This document shows positions 36,201 to 64,000 of a stretch of DNA of 64,000 bases, in pieces. Made by a program: the position numbers and the translations under genes. Source of the DNA: Bugula neritina (lineage: Eukaryota; Animalia; Bryozoa). The notes beneath the pieces were generated by a model. It had not been told where the DNA came from. It saw nothing but the letters and a program-made list of their open reading frames with translations, and searched no databases. The first letter of the stretch is position 1, and each line of letters begins with the position of its first letter. The stretch is taken from assembly GCA_964035545.1 (NCBI GenBank), contig OZ037766.1, positions 26,502,343-26,566,342 of the forward strand, in the 5' to 3' direction.

Positions 36201-36924
36201 GTGAACTCAGCATTAGGCTTAGTGATTTCTCAGTTTTGTGTATTCAATTATTACTTACAGACTACGGGCTAAAGTAGTAGTCTCAGTGTGTACCTGATGA
36301 CTAATGATTATTTGAACTCTGAATCTTAGTTTTCATACAGTAATATTATGATTTTATTAGATTAGATCTCATGATTTATGTTAGAGTTAGGAACCTTGCA
36401 GTACCAATATGCTCAACAGTGTAGAGTGAGGTCTTAGTTTTTATACCACAAATAGCTTGAGAGTGAATTGGTTGAAGTGATGCTACAAGAGTTCTAATCT
36501 TAACTTTTATCATATTACATGCAGCTAAAGTTAGTAGCATATCAACATAATGTTACTGTAAGCATCTATCTTTAAGAGTTGGAGTATGAGTGCTGTTAAT
36601 ATGGCTTAGTGATTCTAGTTTGCAAATGTAGCATTATTATTAATATTTATTCACACTGATAACCAAGTTTACCTCTACAGGAGTACATAGCTTATCTGTA
36701 CCAAATGCCTGTTGTAACACATTAAGTTTTACTACCCACTTCTTTCTTATTTACAGGGAGTAGTTAAAACTGCATTAACTATTGATTTAATCTGTTACTC
36801 AGTTTTATTAAAAAATAAATATAGTGTTGCTTTGCTTAAATATTTCACTTAATATTAGATCTAAAATAGCACATGAAATATTTATCCCAATATCTTGTGT
36901 TTTAGATACTATTTTATGCTAATT

Positions 36925-55091
<18,167 letters not shown>

Positions 55092-56771
55092 AGTCTTGAC
55101 ATGCAGTTCTACTAGAGGTATGAGCGTCTCTGTATTAGCATCCAATCAGCCTTGCTCTACTAGAAACCAATAGCCAATAAACATCATGTTTACACATTAC
55201 TCTGCATACAATCATCTATCACTTTTCACCAGTTCATCAATATCACCTGGTTGTTTATTAATCACCACTCTGAGAGCTATTATTTTCTTTTTATTACATA
55301 ATGTTTATATAACCAATCATTTCTTATCAAAGATAGTGTTTTTATCAGTTTTAATTTATCATCAGTTTTATTTTCTTATATTTGATATAGTAGGTTTTGG
55401 CATGCGGCCTTTTAATTTATACTGGTTTTTCATGGCTGTGTAATCAAGAGTTTTTTTAGTTGAAATTACTTTACAATCACCTGATCTCCGTTGTCATGCC
55501 GTCCACCATATTGTATTGCACCTTAGCCCTGTAGCTTCTACTATGTTGCACTGCAGCACACATGTTGTTTCACATACGTCTGTAATCAATCATATTAGTC
55601 TGCTTTATATTATACAACGCAATATTTTTAAACAATGACTTTTATTGACTAATTTTTTAAATGCTATGTTCTCTAATAAATTGGTCTCGTTCTTAGTCAT
55701 CAATTGGCTCAGTTTTCTTCTCTACTCCACAGTGGCATTTGCTACTTGGCTTTACGTTGTAGCTTGATCTAGTGCAGCTAAGGAAAGTTTTCAGCACAGT
55801 GTATGGGGTTGTAAAGGTTACAAAGTAACGTCCAAAAGTGTAATTGGATTGAATGTTGAATAACAGCATTCTCCTCTGTGACAATTCAAACTTTCCAACT
55901 TGAAAGTTTAATATACTGATGTAACTGATAAATGTTATTAAGACTAAGATAAGGCATTGAAATAACTAATAACAAGTTGATAGACCCACTTTTGTAGGCC
56001 TATAGCATAAAATACAGCCATGACAGAGATAAGGACTGACTATATAGTAAATGTAGTCCACCCAGTTAATAGTAGATGTGAATTAATATTAGCTGATCTA
56101 ATTTTTATTATAGTTTGCAGTTCATTCCTGTCTTTAGCAGAAAGATAAAGATAACAAATATTTGTTCTGTTTACACAAAATTCAATCTGACATCCTAATA
56201 TATATAGTGTATAGCTGTTATACCATTAATTAGGGTCAGTTGTGGTAAGGTGGTAGCTGTTACCTACAGTAGGTTGTTTGCATACATGTGTATGTAGATC
56301 TCTAATTGGGAATTCATACCTCAAAAAGTATTTGAGTGACAAGACTGGGTAAAAAAAATAACATCATAATGTAAATCACTACCAGCCATAAAACTCTGTA
56401 TAGGTAGTGCAGTGACTGTAAAATATTCTTGGGAGCTCATAGCCTATTGTTAGTTCTTTTTGCTGTAATGTTTTGGTAGCGTCTATAATTATATAAATTG
56501 CCTTCACACAAGTAGTAATTTTCAGCCTGGAATAAAGGTAGCCTGGTGAACAAAATGATATTATTATGCAGCATTCATTCATGAAACGGTTGCAAGTCAT
56601 GCGTGAAATGAGATCTCAAGAGATCAATAGTCACGCGATGAAAAAGTAACTACCGTAAGTCATTTAATACGCGTAATCTGAATTGTCAGAATAGAAGTAA
56701 GTAAGATAATTTCAATAGCTACACTAGCAATAATGCGAGGTATTATGGTAAAATGAATCGATTATGATCTT

Positions 56772-57045
56772 GGAAATTCCCAGTTGGAATTCCAACTCGA
56801 ATTTGTTTTGCAAAAAGTTAGCTTGCATAACAGTAATTCCTTCGAACATTTTGAATTTGTGAAGTTTTGCAGTTTCTTAATGGTGAAATTAGGTCAAAAA
56901 ATTAAGCTAGGACATGTTTAGCAAAATACTTATAACTACCCAACACAATTGTAGTCCACGTTGCTCTATAGGATGCAATGCAATGCAAAGTTGATTAGCT
57001 TGTATTATATTATGCAGGTTAGGATTTTGGAAGATGGAAAATCCC
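56772..57045. promoter_or_regulatory. Cluster of NF-kB/Rel-like sites upstream of the orphan gene
   Basis: GGAAATTCCC at 56772-56781 (reverse complement GGGAATTTCC), a 16-bp palindrome AGTTGGAATTCCAACT at 56782-56797, and GGAAAATCCC at 57036-57045 (reverse complement GGGATTTTCC). Confidence 0.4.
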
Positions 57046-57170
57046 AAAGTAAATGGGAACTTCTTGGAGTGATCTATGGAAAGTTTTTCAGTGTATAGCA
57101 ACTGAGCAATTCGTACGTGCTGAACTGCACATCTCTAAAGCACATTCTAGAATTATTGGAATTGTGGAAT

Positions 57171-60100
57171 ATGAAAAATCTTGTTGGTTTGGAAAATATG
57201 TCAGCTGCACACTATGGTGAAGATCATCTGCAGTCTGGAGACGGTTCAATTGACGAGTCATCAATACCTAGCCTGCAGAGCTTAAATCTTGAGGAGTTGC
57301 CTACCTGTACTATAGAAAATAGTTTGGATAATAATGGAAACAATGTGTCTCAAAGTAGCAGGTTTCAACCAGCCGAACAGCCGAGAAGAAACAATCCGCC
57401 CATTCCAAAACCCAGGCTCCACCACAGTAAAAGCAGAACTTATCCTAACACACAGTCTGTTAAGAACAATTCAATTCACTCGACTACAGCAAGTGAAAAC
57501 AATGAGCCATCTATATCAACAGGGCTTGCGCCATGGCAGATGCCACCGTTCATACCGAATGCTAGCGTGAACACCATCGGCCATGCTCCAAGATCTTTGC
57601 CGAGGAGGTTCGGTGGATCAACGGAACCAGACATTCCTGGATATGTTCACAGTCAAAGATTGATGAGTTTGCCAGAGTTTTCGATGAACCACCAGTTTTC
57701 AACAAGATCTTCGCATTCACTACCACAGTACTATCAACAGCGCTCCCGGGGCCACCCTCAATTTCCTGGCCGTTTCAATGTTCATCACGACCGTGCTTCT
57801 CAAGTGGCGCCACAATATTTTGTCCCACCCCTACAACTGCGTACTGTCACTTCACCTACCAGCCCCACTTCACCTGAGCATCCATTTTCTTATTCGGGAA
57901 TGACAGCCGCACACCCTCAGGAAACACAGTCTGCGCTCTCACCATCAGTCATGTATATGGGAGGGCCAGGAGATTTCTTCTCTCAATATGCGAGAAAACA
58001 GGAGATGCACACTATTGAACAAACTCCTTTCGAGACACCTTCAGTTGGAGTAACAGGTTTACTCCCAAAGGAAAATGAAGCCATTGATGTTCCTGCCAAA
58101 CCTAAGGAGACCATGCTGTCTGCAGAAGACGCTACTTCTTCGTCTACTGCGCAGAGTCTTGGGCTATCAGAGTCGTCTATTATCCAATCGGCTGCAGTCA
58201 CACCTCAGCACCCTCTTTCAGCGCTGACTGAAGAGTTCAGCTCTGATTCGGATCCAGAAGATACTCACCCAAACAAGTTCGGCATAGCAATCGAGGAACA
58301 TTTCCATAGAGATTGTGCCTACAGGAGGCAACCAATTCGCTCTGGACCTCAAATTAAAGTCATCAAGAAGACTGGCTTGACGTATAACCCACCCTCATTG
58401 ATTGCTGGACCAGAGGTTAACCAGGAGCAAACAAAGAAGTATTATAGAAAGGACCTAGTGAGGTGAGTGATTACAGCTTCCCTATTTCTGTGTATAAGTT
58501 GATACAAAATTTAAAAAAAGTGAAATTAATTGATTGCATGCATGCAAAGAACACACACTTACACTATAGCAATAATGCTGAAAAGAATTTAGTTGTATTG
58601 AAATTCTGATGAACATGAAAAACTGAGTGTTTTATTTATGTAATTTGCAATAATTCATATTTTATGAAACCATATTGCATAATTATGTATATGCCTATGA
58701 AAATGAGTAGTTTTCTAAACAAGTTATTAAAACAAACAAAATTGCTTTTCAAAATAGAACAATAATTCCTAAATTATTGAAAGTAAAAATGTCTACTTTA
58801 TTTTTCAAGCAAAACAGTTTACAATTATAATACCATGTTTTTAAAATTGCTTTGCAGTTGAGATGCTTTGAACAGAAACTTCCTTTAAGCACTTTTGTAT
58901 ACGAATACAATATTAGCATTCATGTATTATACATACAGATAAAATTAATAAAAGCATTAGCTTGTTAACGCAAATAAGAGTAGAATTGTACTAGGAAGTT
59001 GAAAATACATTCTTGAATAACGTGATACTATTAGCTTAAGAACCAATGCAAAGAACCCAAACTTATTGAGTTTGCATTAGCCCAAATATTGAAATCTGAT
59101 AGGTTGCTTAATAACCACCTGTCTTCTAATGTTTTACAAGACATAGGGTCTAGAAATCCTGCAATATATCAAAGCTAGATAAAACTGGTTTCAGGTGAAT
59201 CATGAGTTTCACCAGTCCAATGAAAAGCACTCTATATTGTTATTCATGCTAATATGGCAGCTATATTTATCTCTTAATAAAATTTCTGCTTTACAAAACA
59301 TTAATGTGCTAGCTTTAAGTTTTATACTATTTGTACCTGATCTTAAAGTTAAATTGTATTATCACAAAATATAATATTACTTATATAGGAAAATAGGAAA
59401 AGTTATATTAAAGGCTGTTGGTTTACTTGTTTACTATATTCCAAGAAAACACAACAGTGTACTTATATTAAATAATTAGTTTATATAACTATTGAGCTTA
59501 TCCTAAAATCAAGTATCTTTTGTAATACAAATGGCTACTGCATGCACAAATTAACTTCTACATAATATAAAGTTGTTGTAACTGTACAGATGCAGCTTCT
59601 ATTGTAGTAGGTTCTATAACTGTGTTTTTGATGTTAAGTAGGTGCAAGTTTTAGTAGAGGAATTGTGACATCACATAGCTATTTATTACTCACTGAATAA
59701 TTTTATGATAGCTTTTACAGCGCATCAATTTGATACTAAATGTACCATCTTGTTAAAAAAAACTTTTACTGTTGTAAGTTGTAAGTAGTGGTGGTGCAAT
59801 TGCATGCAGTAGTATACATTATTTTACTGGCAACTATTTTGAACAAGGAAACCAGTTGACTAATTGATAAAGTTCCATATGCAAAGAGCTATAATGTACC
59901 ATGATTAATTACTTTGTAATTGATAATTTGGCAGTAATCTATTCCCATTATATCTGTGATTTCACAATTTGCTATCACTAGTTTTCCAACTTGAATTTTT
60001 ATTCAAACTTCCAGTCCTGAATTTTTAGATAGCATAACTCCAGCTAAATTTTATTATCCAAATCTTTTACAGATATAGCTATTGTGATAAACATATAAAT

Positions 60101-61023
60101 ATTTGGCACCACACTATCTAATATTGTGAAACAAACTTTGCAATATACACTCTTAAAGTGCCATTGGCAGTGTTTGATTGCATGTGTCACTCCATTTTAG
60201 CTGGACTAATAGACTATATAACAATTTATACTACGTGTGTAGACTAACAAACTGACTGACTGGCTGACTGACTGACTGACTGACTGACTAACTGACTGAT
60301 TAGCTGACTGACTGGTTGACTAAACTAGCTATAACTAACTAGAATATTTTTTCAGAAAAGTATACTTCAGCAAAAACTGGTTTGAAATTACGTTGCAGAC
60401 GTCTCATCATTGAATTAAAACATGCATCACAAGTTTACTGCACATTCCATTATTTATACATAGTTTTATGAGTTTCTTGAATGTTTTCTAACTTGTTCTA
60501 CTAGTTACTGAATATATACACAGCGTGCGTTGGGGTTTGGGGGAAGTAGGATTTGAAAACATAAAATCTTGTGAATAATGGAGTAATTTAAGATGAAATT
60601 TTCATTTTGAAAATTATAGATTAAACTATGTTTAGCCTATTTTATAGAGTTTAATTTATATTTATTTGAATTCTTTTATGAAACTATATAATATGAAAAA
60701 CTATAAAGGAACAATTGCATGATTTTCAATCTATAATCTTTGTTGGCGAAAAATAATTTAATTTTTAAACACAATGATCAACGTTGTTATGAGAAAATGC
60801 AGTTCTTTCTCAAATGATAGTTGATTATGTATCTTGCAGAATTTGCGTATGCGGAAGATATGATACTAAAGATGCACTTCTGGCAAACAGAGGCCGTGAT
60901 AATGATGCTGATGGATATGAAGTCCATTACAACATCAAGTGCAGGTGGAAATCCTACGAAGACTTCAAAACCAAGCAGAGGGTCCTGATTAGACTCTGCA
61001 AGTGTTATAAACCATCATTCTAA
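57171..61023 (+). CDS. Uncharacterised protein (~491 aa): long Ser/Pro/Gln-rich region plus C-terminal duplicated His/Cys motif
   Basis: A 1.3-kb stop-free, GC-elevated exon 57171-58462 (donor AG|GTGAGT) joins in frame to 60840-61023 (acceptor TTGCAG, stop TAA). The start codon could alternatively be 57198. Confidence 0.75.
60251..60340. repeat. (GACT)n microsatellite
   Basis: Direct reading. Confidence 0.9.
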
Positions 61024-64000
61024 TTTACAGTCACTGCATCACTGCATTTTCATGACTGTGCATTATGGGAGTGGATGCTCGTATGTAATGAAAAATGCAG
61101 TGAGTGTCTACTAGCCTTGTTTGTTTTGCTTTTATTTCATGCTCTGTAATAGGGTTTTATGTTTTTGTCTACAATATGTAATAGCATACAAGGGAGGTGT
61201 TTAAGCATGTAATATTGTTTTAATTGAAGGTAAGTGCACCAGCTTCTGAAATTATATTTTGTGTTCCCCCTTATCGGACATGAAGTTTTTTTCTCATTAA
61301 GCTTATGAATTTTGAAAATGCTTAAAACAAACATCACCTGCATGAATATCATTTTTATTTTTCAGCTTTGCTTACATGGCGAAGCTATATAATATATATT
61401 GCAACTATTCATGCTTATAGTTTGCATTATTATTCCTAGCTACGTTATATTATTCAAATTTAAGGTTTATAAACATAGTTTTGTTTTATAACCTTATAAA
61501 TGTTATTGGGTTAGTTTTTGAAGAAATTAGCCAACAAGTATGGATATGGCGATGTGTTTTAACCATGACCAGAGTGTGACTGAAATGCTATAATTCTATG
61601 TCTTTATGTAAAAGTATGGTTTATATGATTTTAATATTTGTTTAAAAATAATATAGCTACTTAATCTGTGAAATTGGTAATTAGTTAATTTATATTTTTT
61701 CTGGTTTATTATTTAATCTATTATTAGTGTAACAAAATTTAGAACCACTTTTATAGTATTTTTGTTTAATTAGCCTTATATGCTAAGCCCAAATTTATTT
61801 TACTCTGTTTGCAGCTTGGAAAGAGTTAGGTACAGAATGCTTGCTTGAAAGCAATCACATGTATGTTTCTTAATTTTTCTATATCAATAAATACAGTATA
61901 TAAAAACATGTTTAATAATTTTGACTTCTAACACATGTGCTTGTGATGCAATCTTACAGCTCACAGGAGAGATGTAAAACTTGTAGGCTATACTTCCTGG
62001 ACTCAGTGTGTACAATTAGTACACTTCAGTGCTGCACTTTAATTGAAATCTAAACTATGTATTGAATAAGGAGACAGCTATAGCTAGATAAATTTATATA
62101 AGTATTGAAATACTACTAACAACAGATAATTTAAGCTTAATAAGGAGAGCATATCATATTATATTGTTTGATTTGTGTAGAAACACTCTGGTCTAGTTTA
62201 GTTGTGAATACTAACAGCTGTTGACCCAGTGCTTACCCTTTTCTGTTTATGACATAACATGATTCCAAGTTAGGTGTTACTAAGCTGAGCTATACATGTG
62301 GTGCAACACATAGGGATTTATTAGAACTTAAGCTAAAATTTTCTGCCACAATATGCAGGCCGTTTTGTCATAAAAATTTTGCAATGTTATTATTACTAAA
62401 AAATGTAACTCTTATTACCTAGACAAAAAGGCATGTATTATGTCAGGATATAACAATGAATGCATATATAAATTATTATTACAATTTTATGTAATTTTAT
62501 AGTAACTTTAAAGGTTAACTTGCATTAGTTTTTTAGGTGACGGCAAAATACATTGCTGTAATATAAATTTACCAAAGATCAATTTTTTTCCTTTGAAAAT
62601 TCTATTTAAACGCAAAAAATATATAATTTGGCAAAAGAGGGGATTGCAAGACTGCAGCTTTCATTAGTTTTGTTTCTCTTGTTTGTGAACTACACAGCCA
62701 TGCGCACCCCACTTACAGCACCAGCAACAGCATACATATGCTGACTCTAGTAAAACATAGAGCAATGAGTGTGTAAGACCCTCATTCTGTTGCTAAACCT
62801 GTCCTTCCTTTACGTTATTGCTCAAGTATGTCCTTGTGTATCATTCTTACATACCAGCTGCTCTAAACATGTTTCAAAAGTGAATACTGGTGCGAAAAGA
62901 CTATTAAATGGCAATGTTTTATAAAAAGCGGACATAACTACTATAAAATGCTGCCAACTGCTATGTTAATAACATACTTAATAGATTCCTTAATATACAC
63001 TGGTTATGATAGCAGGTTAAGGAGGTAAGTATACTGAATCAATAGTTGTTAATGTATGCAGCTAATGAAGGGATTTGATAGTTTGATATATAATAAACAT
63101 TAGCAGCCATATGGTAATGAGCAGTATATTGCCCTCAATGCTTGTAGTATACTGCACTATATAAACTGTACAGTCTGTTGATATTTATACCACATAGTAT
63201 CAAGCTATAAGAAGTATGTGTGTTACTAAGCTATCTATAACTTTTTGTTTATTAATTTTTGATAAAATAAAAGAAAAACAACAAATTTTACCACTGCAGA
63301 AGTTTCTTTGTTATTCATATAATAATATATGGGAAACAGTTATGTTTAATCAGTGCATTTTATATGCAAATTTTGAATTGTCAAGTCTGGTTTAGTAGCT
63401 TGAGTTATTTGTATGTATACATTCTACTGGATAGATTCGTACGTCATCAGCGTATCAATTGTTTTACTGCAATGAATGTCTTTAAAAAATATCAATAGAA
63501 AAAAAGCTAGAAAAATTTATCTGTATAATAGTTAATGTATTTTTGATGATGTGTAGCAAAGACTGAAGCCTATATGGTATGTTATAAAATGTTGCCAAAA
63601 GCTACTGTAAGTGAAATGCGACAGCGTTAGCACTTTACCCAACCAAGCGGTTACACTATTAAGTATCATTAAAGAGTTGTTACCGATTTCGATTCTGCTA
63701 GGCATTAGAGTTGGTATAAGTTAATAAGCCTGAACTAATGAACTTCATTTTCTTTCAGGATTTTACTCGCATCTTGTATTATTAGAGAGCATAAGACTTG
63801 ACAGAATGTTTTACACTGTAAAGTATATTCTACAACACAGTAAGACTAATAACGCAATTACAAATACTTTAAATACAAAAACACATGATTTAACCTTACA
63901 TAAAACATTCACAACACAGGTTTTTCTTTTTGCACCATGGACTTGATTTGTCTGATAAATACATATGCTTGTCCTAGGTATTGCTTTTTGGTGATATGAA

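Noticed and set aside
61024-64000. Additional gene in the last 3 kb
   Set aside because: AT-rich, with no ORF or exon chain I can support.

Overview
AT-rich, intron-rich eukaryotic DNA from an invertebrate animal (taxon not determinable from the sequence alone). In order: a cluster of three paralogous TRIM-NHL-like genes (RING, B-box1, B-box2, coiled coil, beta-propeller; A + and 5'-truncated by the window, B -, C +); NDUFA2 (-; three small exons missed by the ORF track) head-to-head with a ~27-coding-exon NEK1 (+); and a two-exon orphan gene with a duplicated His/Cys motif and upstream NF-kB-like sites. Mobile DNA: a very young 2,651-bp LTR element with identical 128-bp LTRs, 5-bp TSD, tRNA-Ser PBS and PPT that encodes only Gag-protease (no RT/RNase H/integrase); an intact pogo-superfamily DD35D transposon in NDUFA2 intron 1; a TTAA-flanked Kolobok-like non-autonomous element; tRNA-Thr-derived SINE fragments; and MITE-like/foldback elements. 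Several minisatellites abut splice sites. The most notable items are the Gag-protease-only LTR element, probable intron gain in TRIM A, a possible in-frame NDUFA2-transposase splice fusion, and the orphan gene. Exon boundaries were read by eye from GT/AG sites and reading-frame continuity; no database searches were run.
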